Origin: Desulfuromonadales bacterium
Lineage (GTDB): Bacteria; Desulfobacterota; Desulfuromonadia; Desulfuromonadales; SZUA-540
Direction of reading: 5' to 3'
NCBI GenBank assembly: GCA_033549025.1
Contig: JAWSUS010000004.1
Span: 114,847 to 178,846 of the forward strand
Length of the DNA: 64,000 nucleotides
Shown here: piece by piece, positions 1 to 8,722 of the stretch
Layout: every line of letters begins with the position of its first letter
How positions within the stretch are numbered: the first letter of the stretch is position 1
Translations under genes and position numbers: made by a program
Notes under the pieces: generated by a model
Databases searched by the model: none
What the model was told of the DNA's origin: nothing
Seen by the model: only the letters and a program-made list of their open reading frames with translations

Positions 1-120
1 CTTGTCGCCCGGATTTTTGTCCGGATGGTATTTCAGGGCCAGCTTGCGGTAGGCCTTCTTGATCTCTTCGGCTGAGGCCTCCTTGGCCACGCCGAGCACG
101 TCATAGTAATTCTTGGTCAT
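1..120 (-). CDS. DnaJ/CbpA-family J-domain protein, N-terminus (continues off window)
   Basis: Manual translation [40 protein letters not shown] with HPD motif; AGGAG RBS upstream. Confidence 0.9.
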   Translation of the reverse strand, partial: MTKNYYDVLGVAKEASAEEIKKAYRKLALKYHPDKNPGDK

Positions 121-421
121 GCGGTCTCCTGCTTATGTAGAGCCTGTGTCGGAACTTACTATAATTACGCCTGCCCGCTGCGTCAAGCGCGCCCGGTCAA
201 AATGCAGGGGTAAAGGCACATTCCTTGCTTTGTATGGAGCCTGAATGTGACGCAGGACGGTCCGCCAAGACAGAGAGTGCAGGTTCCGCTTGACCCCGCC
301 GGTGGGCTGTTCTATGTTTTTTCGTGCGGGTGTGGGTTGAAAATACCCATCTTCCCGGTTATTTGACCAGGTCGGTCCAGGTCCTTTGAATCCATTCCAT
401 CCTCCAACCCAAGGAGCTACG

Positions 422-1831
422 ATGCGCGTCGCCATTATCGGAGCCGGTATTTCCGGTCTGTCCACGGCTTTTGCCATTGAACGCCTGGCCCGCGAGGCCG
501 GCCTCGACCTGCAGACGGTCATTTTTGAAAAGAAGGAGCGCACTGGCGGCAAAATTCACAGTATCCAGGAAGAGGGATATCTGTGCGAGTGGGGGCCCAA
601 TGGCTTTCTCGACAACAAGCCCATGACCCTTGAACTCTGCGACCGGCTGGATATCCGCGGCCAGCTGGCCCGCTCCAACGACAACGCTCGCAAGCGTTTC
701 ATCTATTCGGAAGGACAGTTGCACCGCCTGCCGGAAAACGGACCGTCCTTTCTGAAATCCCCGCTGATCTCCTGGCCAGGCAAGCTGCGTCTCGCCTGTG
801 AGACGCTGATTCCCGCCTACCGGGGTGACGATGACGAGACCCTCGCGCATTTTGCCCGCCGCCGCCTGGGCGAGGAAGCCCTCGACAAACTCATCGCCCC
901 CATGGTTTCCGGTATTTTTGCCGGCGACCCGGAGACCATGAGCCTCAAGAGCTGTTTCCCCCGCATCCATCAACTCGAACAGGATTACGGCGGCCTGATC
1001 AAGGCCATGCTCAAGCTGGCCAAAAAGAAGAAGGCCGAGCGCAAAGCCGGCAAGGTCGTGGCCAGTGCCGCCGGCCCTGGTGGCGTTCTCACCTCATTTG
1101 TCGGCGGCATCCAGGAGTTGACCGATCGTCTGCAGCAGGCCGTCACCGGCGAACTGCGCACGGGGGTGGGTGTCAACGGCATCCTGCCCAAAAAAGGAGG
1201 ATTTGAGCTGCACCTGGAGGACGGCTCCATCGAAGAGGCGGAGATGGTGGTCAGTGCCGCTCCCGCCTACGCCCTGGCCGGCATGCTGGAAGAGTCCCTG
1301 CCCGAGGTAGCGCAGACGCTCAAGGAGATCCCCTATGCCTCCATGAACGTCGTCTGCTTCGGCTACGCACGGGAGCAGATTGCCCGGGACCTGGACGGCT
1401 TCGGCTACCTCATTCCCCGCAAGGAAGGGCGCCACACGCTGGGCACCCTGTGGGATTCGAGCATTTTCCCCAACCGTGCCCCCGAAGGGCATGTCCTTCT
1501 GCGCTCCATGATGGGCGGCGCGACCCATCCCGGCGCCTTCGAGCTGACCGAAGCGGAGGTCAAGTCGCGCGTGATGGAAGACCTGGCCACCATCATGGGG
1601 ATCAAGGCCGAGCCGCAGTTTGTGCGCATCTTCCGCCATCGCCGCGCCATCCCCCAATATGTGGCCGGTCACGCCAGCAAATTACTGGCGCTGGACGAGA
1701 GGCTGGGGGCATGCCCCGGGTTGTTCTTCACGGGCAACGCCTATTTCGGGGTGGGGCTCAACGACTGTGTCAACGCCTCCAACCAGATGGCAGAAAAAGT
1801 GCTGGACCATGTCCGGGCCACCAAGGTCTGA
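422..1831 (+). CDS. hemG: Protoporphyrinogen/coproporphyrinogen oxidase (HemY-type, FAD)
   Basis: MRVAIIGAGISGL Rossmann motif, EWGPNGF, AIPQY, GNAYFGVGLNDC; AAGGAG RBS before ATG 422. Confidence 0.92.
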   Translation: MRVAIIGAGISGLSTAFAIERLAREAGLDLQTVIFEKKERTGGKIHSIQEEGYLCEWGPNGFLDNKPMTLELCDRLDIRGQLARSNDNARKRFIYSEGQLHRLPENGPSFLKSPLISWPGKLRLACETLIPAYRGDDDETLAHFARRRLGEEALDKLIAPMVSGIFAGDPETMSLKSCFPRIHQLEQDYGGLIKAMLKLAKKKKAERKAGKVVASAAGPGGVLTSFVGGIQELTDRLQQAVTGELRTGVGVNGILPKKGGFELHLEDGSIEEAEMVVSAAPAYALAGMLEESLPEVAQTLKEIPYASMNVVCFGYAREQIARDLDGFGYLIPRKEGRHTLGTLWDSSIFPNRAPEGHVLLRSMMGGATHPGAFELTEAEVKSRVMEDLATIMGIKAEPQFVRIFRHRRAIPQYVAGHASKLLALDERLGACPGLFFTGNAYFGVGLNDCVNASNQMAEKVLDHVRATKV

Positions 1832-1846
1832 GAATTCTCCGGATTG

Positions 1847-2794
1847 ATGCGTCCAATCAACCCTTCAGCCGCAACCGCTTTGGCGGGACGGGATGTCGGC
1901 CGAATCATCGGCCTGGTGGTGGTCTTCTACCTGGCCTGGGTGGGATTTTCTCTGGGCGTGCAACAACTGCCGGCACCCTCCATGCTCGAGGATTTGCTCC
2001 CCCTGCTGACTCTGGGGCTGCATCTGGGCTTCGCCGCTCTGGCCCTGGCTCTCTTCCACCGCACTTTCAGTCGGATATTCAAGGCCCATCCCCGCCTGCG
2101 CCTGGCGCTGATGGCCTTCTGCGTCCTGGTGGCCCTGGCCTTGTTCGGCGGCAGTCGCTGGCTGGTGCTGCCACCGTCGGTTTTTGTCGATCTGTTCGGC
2201 ACGGCCAACCTGCTGCTGCTGGCCATGGTGCTGGGGAGCTGGATGACGACCGCCTTGAGCCGTCCGGCCGAGTTGGTCCCCGTTTGCCTGGTGATGTCGC
2301 TGGTCGATATTTTCAGCGTGAGTCGCGGCCCCAGTCGCATCATTGCCGGCCGCATCGAGGAGTTCTACCTGAAGGGGAGGGAGGGGCTGGCCCCGGCCGG
2401 CGACTTTCTGCTCATCAAGATGACGCTCCCCGGCGACGCGGCCACCTTTCCCGTCTTTGGCGTATCGGACTGGATCATCGTCGCCTTTCTGGCCTTGGCC
2501 GCCGCCCGCTTCGGCTATAACGACAATCTGCTGGGACCCGGCCTCGCCACCCTGGGTGAGAGCAAAAGACCGGCGCTCTACTTCCCCCTGCCGGCAGCCG
2601 CCCTGCTGCTTGCCGTACTGCTGGCCCAATTTGCCGGCGTCTTCCTGCCGGCCCTTCCCTTTATTTCCGTACTCTTTCTGACCTTTCTCTTTGTGCGTTA
2701 TCCGGCCAGCCGTCAGCTGCTGCGCACCGACTGGATGCTGGTGCTGACCTCCTTTGCGGCCATGGCCGCTCTCATGCTGCTCCCTTTGCGGTAG
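1847..2794 (+). CDS. Polytopic membrane protein with presenilin/signal-peptide-peptidase-like motifs
   Basis: About 9 hydrophobic segments; SLVDIFSV, FGVSD and LPALP motifs in the order expected for GxGD-type aspartyl intramembrane proteases. Confidence 0.6.
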   Translation: MRPINPSAATALAGRDVGRIIGLVVVFYLAWVGFSLGVQQLPAPSMLEDLLPLLTLGLHLGFAALALALFHRTFSRIFKAHPRLRLALMAFCVLVALALFGGSRWLVLPPSVFVDLFGTANLLLLAMVLGSWMTTALSRPAELVPVCLVMSLVDIFSVSRGPSRIIAGRIEEFYLKGREGLAPAGDFLLIKMTLPGDAATFPVFGVSDWIIVAFLALAAARFGYNDNLLGPGLATLGESKRPALYFPLPAAALLLAVLLAQFAGVFLPALPFISVLFLTFLFVRYPASRQLLRTDWMLVLTSFAAMAALMLLPLR

Positions 2795-2814
2795 CTTCTC
2801 CGCTCATAATAAAG

Positions 2815-2840
2815 AAAGGCCGACATACGCCGGCCTTTTT
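2815..2840. terminator. Probable bidirectional intrinsic terminator
   Basis: aaaggccg...cggccttttt hairpin between convergent genes. Confidence 0.6.
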
Positions 2841-2874
2841 GCTTAAAATCCCTCTGCCTCTAACGTGCAGCGTG

Positions 2875-3516
2875 TCAGGCATCCCATTTGCTGTGGCGAT
2901 GCTCGGCGTAGTCGCGGCGCACCTTGCCCGTGAACATGGTGGGGAGGAGGGGACGGTTGGCCTTGATCAGAAAAGCGCCGAGATGGGCGACGAACAGGCC
3001 GAGGAAGGCCATGGTCGCCAGGGTGTGGGTCAGGGTGACCACCTGCAGAAAGGTCGGATCCAGCGTGATGACGCCGGTGTTTTTGTAGACCTTGATCAGG
3101 CCGGTGGCGATGAGCAGCAGCGAAGTGAGACCCATGGCCGCGTAGGCGAGGCGCTGTTCGGCCAGAAACTTGCCGCTCGGCGGCTCTTCCTGGCCCGTCA
3201 ACATGGCCTTGATGATCTCGACGCTCTCTTTGACATCCCCTTTTTGCGGGACGGCGGCGAATTCGCGGCGGCGCAGATGAAAGACCAGGTGAAAAAAGAC
3301 GGCGACGGTAAAGACTATGGCCGCCAGATAATGGATGACCTGCTGGACCAGAAAATCCGAAGCCCAGCCCAGTCCCGGCAGTTCGTTGACATAGAAGCGA
3401 CCGTACAGAGGCATGGTACCGAAGCCGGAAAAGATCAGAACCAGGCCGCTGATGGCCACGGCCCAGTGAGTCAGGCGCACGGCGCCATCATGACGCAATA
3501 CGTAATTATTTTTCAT
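2875..3516 (-). CDS. Di-heme cytochrome b, FdnI/formate dehydrogenase gamma-like membrane subunit
   Basis: RH..AVRLTHW, IHY, FHLVFH, KF..EQRL, TH, AHL His-bearing TM helices; start MKNNY overlaps the upstream gene. Confidence 0.85.
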   Translation of the reverse strand: MKNNYVLRHDGAVRLTHWAVAISGLVLIFSGFGTMPLYGRFYVNELPGLGWASDFLVQQVIHYLAAIVFTVAVFFHLVFHLRRREFAAVPQKGDVKESVEIIKAMLTGQEEPPSGKFLAEQRLAYAAMGLTSLLLIATGLIKVYKNTGVITLDPTFLQVVTLTHTLATMAFLGLFVAHLGAFLIKANRPLLPTMFTGKVRRDYAEHRHSKWDA

Positions 3517-4480
3517 CGTTCTTCTCCCGTTTCGATACCGTGGCGGCAAAGGCACCGACGACGCCGGCCACCGGGGCGAGCAGGGCCGCCTTGGCCAGGG
3601 CGCTCTGCTTTTCCAGGGCGTTTTCAGGGTTATGCAAGCGCATGACCTTGGCGGAATCAGCCCCTTGTCGCAGGGCGACATCGATCTGGTCAAAGGGCAC
3701 TTTGGAAACATACAGGGTCGCGGTGCCGCCGTGTTCCGTATTGCCATAAAGGTGACCGGAGTAAGAAGCGGCCAACGCCTCCGCCTGTCGCAGAATATCC
3801 TGGCGGTGTCCAATGTGCATGGCGCCACGAGGGCAGGCCGTCATGCAGGCGGGCTTTTCGCCTCGGGCCAGATCGTCGCGGCAGAGGTCGCATTTGTACA
3901 TGACGCCGCCGCCGACGGGAGCGGGGTCGAGATAGGTATAGACGCCGACGCCGGCCTGACGCTGGGGCACATCCCAGGGGCAGACGGTGCGACACTTGGC
4001 GCCGCCGAAGCAGAGGGACGGGTCGATATGCACAGGCCCGTCCTTGTCCTTCTTGGCGGTGCCGAAGGGGCAGAGCTTGACGCAGGGGGGATTGTCGCAG
4101 TGCATGCAGCGGCGCGGGATGCTCAGTTCCTGTGGCTGGCCATCGACCTCGACGGCGACCTTCTGCACGAAGAGCCAGTTGTAGGGGGTCAGGCGTTCCG
4201 TCAACTCGCGGCGGCCGCTCCAATCCTCATGGGATTTTTGGGGCCAGTAATCCTTGAGCATGGCCGGATCGGGCTCGGGAAAGCGGGAGGCGTTGTGCTG
4301 GCGGCAGGCCGACACACAGGCTGGCGTGTCCTTGCCGGGGCAGCCGTCGCAGCGGGTGAGATCGATCAGGGTGGCGTAGGAATCGTCGGCAAGAGCCGCC
4401 TGCGCCCGGCCCTTCGGGACGACCGTGGCCGCGGTGGCCGCTGCCATGCCGGCCAGAAAGCTTCTGCGGGAAAATTTCAT
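3506..4480 (-). CDS. Tat-exported 4Fe-4S dicluster protein (HybA/FdnH/NrfC-like)
   Basis: MKFSRRSFL twin-arginine signal; CDGC...CVSAC, CMHC..PPC..LCP, CF...C..VCP, KCDLC...PAC..ACP; C-terminal TM helix. Confidence 0.88.
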   Translation of the reverse strand: MKFSRRSFLAGMAAATAATVVPKGRAQAALADDSYATLIDLTRCDGCPGKDTPACVSACRQHNASRFPEPDPAMLKDYWPQKSHEDWSGRRELTERLTPYNWLFVQKVAVEVDGQPQELSIPRRCMHCDNPPCVKLCPFGTAKKDKDGPVHIDPSLCFGGAKCRTVCPWDVPQRQAGVGVYTYLDPAPVGGGVMYKCDLCRDDLARGEKPACMTACPRGAMHIGHRQDILRQAEALAASYSGHLYGNTEHGGTATLYVSKVPFDQIDVALRQGADSAKVMRLHNPENALEKQSALAKAALLAPVAGVVGAFAATVSKREKNDEK

Positions 4481-4534
4481 AGACACCTCTTTTTCATTTC
4501 TTGCGGAAAGTTCAATGGGCTTTGTTTTGGCTGA

Positions 4535-4549
4535 AATGAACGTTCGTTC
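4535..4549. promoter_or_regulatory. Putative TetR operator (AATGAAC|GTTCGTT)
   Basis: Imperfect palindrome upstream of the Fe-S gene; 13/15 identical to the site at 15802-15816. Confidence 0.55.
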
Positions 4550-4569
4550 GGTGCGAGTAGGTAAAAAAT

Positions 4570-5166
4570 CTATCTGCTGACCGATTTCCAGGAACATTGC
4601 CAAACCGGTTCGAAATAACGCGATACCTTGTCTTGGATAAGACCGTCCAGGAAAAGATAGACCATGCGCATGGGGCCTCCAAACAGGCTGGTAACCGCCA
4701 CGATGGGATCCATAACCGCGATTTCCCCATTATCCATCCCTTCCTGAACCATCTGTTTCATCAGGGCGAAAGGGCTGGACGAACAGATGGGGACGCCGTC
4801 CGACATGAACTCGCGATGGCGGGCGTTCAGGATAAACTCCGTGGCCGCCGGCTGGTTGTCCGCCATGGAGAGCAGCAGAGCGATCGCCGCCCGGCAGCGC
4901 TCATAGGCGCTGGTGTGTTGGGCCAGAATGTTGCGCATGGCCTCTTCCATTTGTGTCAGCAGGTCGTGGTGGATCGCCTTGGCGATGGCTTCTTTGCTGG
5001 CAAAATGGTGATAGATGGAGCCGATGCTGATGTCCGCTTCCTTGCGGATATCCTGTACGGAGGTATTGAAATAGCCGTTACGGGAAAAGAGCCCCAAGGC
5101 CGTATCGAGAATCAGCCTCCGGGTCGCATCGGGTGTGGATGTTTTTGTCCTGGCCTCAGTCGTCAT
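4570..5166 (-). CDS. TetR/AcrR family regulator
   Basis: HTH TSVQDIRKEADISIGSIYHHFASKE. Confidence 0.92.
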   Translation of the reverse strand: MTTEARTKTSTPDATRRLILDTALGLFSRNGYFNTSVQDIRKEADISIGSIYHHFASKEAIAKAIHHDLLTQMEEAMRNILAQHTSAYERCRAAIALLLSMADNQPAATEFILNARHREFMSDGVPICSSSPFALMKQMVQEGMDNGEIAVMDPIVAVTSLFGGPMRMVYLFLDGLIQDKVSRYFEPVWQCSWKSVSR

Positions 5167-5247
5167 AAAAGTCAGCGGCGTTTGGCAGGCTGGCCCACCA
5201 GATCTTTAATCAGTATTTATAGCTCTAGGTTTATATATTGAAAAGTG

Positions 5248-5276
5248 AATATATAGAAAGGGCAGCCCCAGGTCAA
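5248..5276 (-). promoter_or_regulatory. Sigma70-like promoter for tetR
   Basis: Minus strand TTGACC-17 nt-TATATT. Confidence 0.5.
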
Positions 5277-5290
5277 GCTTTTAATGAGAC

Positions 5291-6124
5291 TCAGGGAGTG
5301 ACCGCTTCCAGCGGTGACAGGGGGGGGATGTCCAGGGTCTGCACGAGTTGGGAAAACTCGCCGTCTTTGAAGACGATGGGTAGCATGCGGGTGAGGGGGC
5401 GAAGCTTGCGGGGGTTTTTGAGCCAATCCTCCAGGTCTTTTTCGGACCAGGGCGCATCCTTGCCCGGTTTTTCAGGGCTGCGCGGATAATAGGGGGTGAG
5501 TAGGCCGGAGAGGTTGGGGGCCGTTTCACCCTCACCGAGCCCACCCTCTTTCAAGGTGAGGGCGCGGTGACAACCGCCACAGCGTTTGGCGAAGATGTTT
5601 TCCGAGGCGGCGCCTTCTTTCTCGAAGTGAATGACCAGCGGCGTCTCGGCGAGCGATGGCGGGGCAGCGGCCCCTTCTTTAAGCAGAAGCGTCACCATGG
5701 CAGCAAGATCATCAGGCCCGAAACGGAAGTCGGGCATCAGGGCCACGGGTTGGCGGATACTCTCTTCCAGTTCCAGCGGTGGCGTGACGGCGGCGGCGCG
5801 GTCAAGATTGCTGGCCAGGGTGGTGCCCTTGCCGCCCAGAGTGTGGCAGCGCCGGCAGCCGGCCTGGTCGGCCAGGGTGGTGCCGCGTTTTACCACGGGA
5901 GAGTCGGTCTGGTTGAAGGTGGCATGGCGGCCGGGCACGAAGCGGTCATGAGCGATCTCCTGGCGCTTGGTGCCGGGGTGCCCGCGATGGCAGTCGGTGC
6001 AGGTGCCCTGACCGTCAAAATGAGTCTCATGACAGCGCAGGCACAAGGGTTGACCGGCTGCGCAGGAAGCGCCCACGGGCATAGCCAGCAGAAAAAGAAT
6101 CAGAAAGGCAACACGAAAGCCCAA
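5291..6124 (-). CDS. extS: Tetraheme c-type cytochrome, ExtS-like
   Basis: Signal peptide; CLRCH, CTDCH, CRRCH, CGGCH; last gene of the ext-type operon. Confidence 0.75.
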   Translation of the reverse strand: MGFRVAFLILFLLAMPVGASCAAGQPLCLRCHETHFDGQGTCTDCHRGHPGTKRQEIAHDRFVPGRHATFNQTDSPVVKRGTTLADQAGCRRCHTLGGKGTTLASNLDRAAAVTPPLELEESIRQPVALMPDFRFGPDDLAAMVTLLLKEGAAAPPSLAETPLVIHFEKEGAASENIFAKRCGGCHRALTLKEGGLGEGETAPNLSGLLTPYYPRSPEKPGKDAPWSEKDLEDWLKNPRKLRPLTRMLPIVFKDGEFSQLVQTLDIPPLSPLEAVTP

Positions 6125-6513
6125 TTTTCACCTCGAAAAAACATGGCAATCAGCGTCAGGGTCAAAATGCCGAAGAAGGCGACCAGGCAGAGGGCGGTGG
6201 CCAGACGCTGATCACGGCCAAACCAGCGAGCGCGGGTGGCCGGAGGCGATCCTGGCAGGAAGGGGAGCAGCAGAAAGACCAAGGCACCGACGATGATGAG
6301 ATAGACCAGGTACTTGGAATAGCTCACCAGTTCCTGGGTCCACAGCAGGAACCAGGCGGATTTGACGGGATTGGGCACGGTGGCGATGTCAGCCGGCCCC
6401 TGCAACGGAGCGGGGAGGAGCAGGGCCAGCCCCATGAGCACGAGGCAGGTGACCCATGCCGCCCTTTTGATGAGAGGAAAGAAACCCTCGGTGCTGAAAA
6501 CGTATTTTTTCAT
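6100..6513 (-). CDS. extQ: Cytochrome b6f subunit IV-like membrane protein, ExtQ-like
   Basis: APL..PAD...PNPVKSAWFL motif, 3 TM; ATG overlaps the stop of the cytochrome b gene. Confidence 0.75.
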   Translation of the reverse strand: MKKYVFSTEGFFPLIKRAAWVTCLVLMGLALLLPAPLQGPADIATVPNPVKSAWFLLWTQELVSYSKYLVYLIIVGALVFLLLPFLPGSPPATRARWFGRDQRLATALCLVAFFGILTLTLIAMFFRGENWAFVLPF

Positions 6514-7136
6514 AGGTAGGGCAACACTCCCTTGTCTCGCCGGATGCGGTAAAAATGCAGCAGGCAGAGGGCGAGCATGCAGGCCGGCACAAAGACGATA
6601 TGCAGGGCGTAAAAACGCAGCAGCGACAGCTCGCCGCCGACCTCGTCGGGCACCAGAATCCGTTTCAGCGCCGGGCCGCCGGGTACCGTGGCTAGCAGCT
6701 CCATCCCCGTCTGCGTGGCCCACAGGGCGAGCTGATCCATGGGCAGCAGATAGCCGGTGTAGGCGGCGAAGACGGCCAGGCAGAGCAGTCCGAAGCCGAT
6801 AATCCAGTTCAGCTCCCGCGGCTTGCGGTAGGCCCCGGTGAGAATCACGCGCAGGGTATGTAGGAAGATAAAAATCAGCAGCGCGTGGGAGCAGATGCGG
6901 TGCAGGCTGCGGATATAGCCGCCCAGAAAGACGCTGCGCTCCAGGGCCAGAATCGACTCAAAGGCCTTCTCCGGGGTCGGCTGATAGTAGAAGATCAGCA
7001 GCAGGCCGGTGACGATGAGGAGCAAAAAGGCGGTAAAGGCCAGTCCCCCCAGGCAAAAGGTATAGGTCATCCGCAGGTTGCGTCGCAACACCACGCGAGG
7101 GAAGAGATGGGCGATAAAGTCTCTATACACGCTCAA
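6510..7136 (-). CDS. extP: Cytochrome b (b6 N-terminal-like), ExtP-like
   Basis: RSLHR, LHTLR, Y.KPRELNW, TGYLLP.DQ...WA, RFYALH. Confidence 0.85.
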   Translation of the reverse strand: MSVYRDFIAHLFPRVVLRRNLRMTYTFCLGGLAFTAFLLLIVTGLLLIFYYQPTPEKAFESILALERSVFLGGYIRSLHRICSHALLIFIFLHTLRVILTGAYRKPRELNWIIGFGLLCLAVFAAYTGYLLPMDQLALWATQTGMELLATVPGGPALKRILVPDEVGGELSLLRFYALHIVFVPACMLALCLLHFYRIRRDKGVLPYL

Positions 7137-7535
7137 TCAGGCCTTTCCGCTGTAGATCGTCAACAGGTCGCCACGTTCTTCCAAAGCCAACCGCCGCAGG
7201 GGCTCGTCGGCCGGGCCGGACAGTACGGCGCCGTCGCGGGCAAAGAGGCTGCCGTGACAGGGACAGACCAGGTTCGTGGGGGTGACCGACACCGTACAGC
7301 CCAGATGGGTGCAGGTCAGGTCCAGGGCGAACACCTCTTCGCCCTGACGGATGACGGCCACCCGTGCCTGGCGAAAGACCAGGGCGCCGTCGGGGGGGAT
7401 GTCACCTCGTGGGACCTCCAGCAACACCTGCTGCGGGGCGGCCTTGGGAAAGAGAAATTTGCCGACCAGCAGAGCCAGCCCCGAAAAAGTCAGGGTTTTG
7501 AGGAGGTATCGACGCTTTCGACCAAACTTTTCCAT
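7137..7535 (-). CDS. Rieske 2Fe-2S protein
   Basis: CTHLGC and CPCHGS motifs; RKRRYLLK Tat-like N-terminus. Confidence 0.88.
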   Translation of the reverse strand: MEKFGRKRRYLLKTLTFSGLALLVGKFLFPKAAPQQVLLEVPRGDIPPDGALVFRQARVAVIRQGEEVFALDLTCTHLGCTVSVTPTNLVCPCHGSLFARDGAVLSGPADEPLRRLALEERGDLLTIYSGKA

Positions 7536-8722
7536 TTTTCGATATAAGCCTTGGTGTAGGTGGACGTCGGTGTGCTCAGGCGCTCGTAGCGTTCTGGCGT
7601 CATGAACTGGCCGTTGACCAGGGTCTGTCCTTCCTGACTCCAGAAAGAGGGCAACGGCAGACCGTCGCGCTGCAGTTCGTAGATACGGTCTCGGGGGTCT
7701 TCCAGCAGAAAGCGGCGCGGATTGTCGTGGCAGGCCTCGCAGGTCGCCGTGCCGCGACGGATGGTATGGGGAAAGAAGGCTTTCCACTGGGCGGCGACCA
7801 GGGCGTTTTCCACCCGATTCGGATCATCCTTTTGGCGCAGGTCCGAGTAAAAGGCGATGAACTGGGGCCGGATTGGGCTGACCTTGCCGCGACTGTTCAG
7901 CCCCAGGGGGGGCGCGTTCTGCTGGCGCAGATAGGCGCTCTGCACATATTCATCGGCCGGATTCTGCTTGAGATTGAAGTACTCGCGGTTGGGGTTGTTC
8001 CCCAGTCGCAGGAAAAAGCTGCCGTATTCCTGGGGTGCCCAGCTGGCGTGGCAGGCAGTGCATTCCAGTTGTTCCCGATGGGCGGCGATGCGGTGCTCGA
8101 CAATGGTCGGGTCCGGTTCATGGCAGTCCGTGCATTCCTTGGCGCTGAGACGGCCGTCCACCAGGCTCTGCATGCTGTGGCAGTCGCCGCAGCTCAGCCC
8201 CGCTTCCTCATGCACGTCGGGGCGCATCTTCAGGTAGGCTTGGCCGTCGACGATTTCGCCCCGCTGGTAGCGGTTGTGATTCTCTCGCGGCGCCCGTCCG
8301 AAAAAGTCGGCGCCGACAAAATAGCCCTGGTGACAGCGGTGGCAGGTGTCCGAAGTCGGGCGCGTGAGGGTATGGATGTCCGCCCCGTGGCAATCAGCGC
8401 AGGAACTTACATGGCAGTCGGCGCAGTTCTTTTGGAAAAAGTCAGCGTCATGGGCTCCGAAAGCGCCGTGTACGAAGGCCTTCTCAGCGCTGCGGGTGGT
8501 CATGGCCTGGGTAAATATAGCTTCATAGCCGCCGTGGCAGTCCGCACATGCCCGTGCCCCGTCGCGCACCGGGCCGGCGTCGCCTGTCGTATGGCAGTCG
8601 GCGCAGCTGAGGTCGCCATGGGCGCCGCTGAGGCGTTTTGTGGTGGGGTCGGCCACGGCCGCCCCGCAGAGGCTAAGGCCGAGCAGGCACAGAGCGCTCA
8701 AGGCAGCGATCCAGCGCGCCAT
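7490..8722 (-). CDS. Nonaheme c-type cytochrome (ExtN/ExtO position)
   Basis: Signal peptide and 9 CxxCH motifs; C-terminal half resembles the upstream dodecaheme (LGLN.RGKVSP.RP). Confidence 0.88.
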   Translation of the reverse strand: MARWIAALSALCLLGLSLCGAAVADPTTKRLSGAHGDLSCADCHTTGDAGPVRDGARACADCHGGYEAIFTQAMTTRSAEKAFVHGAFGAHDADFFQKNCADCHVSSCADCHGADIHTLTRPTSDTCHRCHQGYFVGADFFGRAPRENHNRYQRGEIVDGQAYLKMRPDVHEEAGLSCGDCHSMQSLVDGRLSAKECTDCHEPDPTIVEHRIAAHREQLECTACHASWAPQEYGSFFLRLGNNPNREYFNLKQNPADEYVQSAYLRQQNAPPLGLNSRGKVSPIRPQFIAFYSDLRQKDDPNRVENALVAAQWKAFFPHTIRRGTATCEACHDNPRRFLLEDPRDRIYELQRDGLPLPSFWSQEGQTLVNGQFMTPERYERLSTPTSTYTKAYIEKWKSLVESVDTSSKP

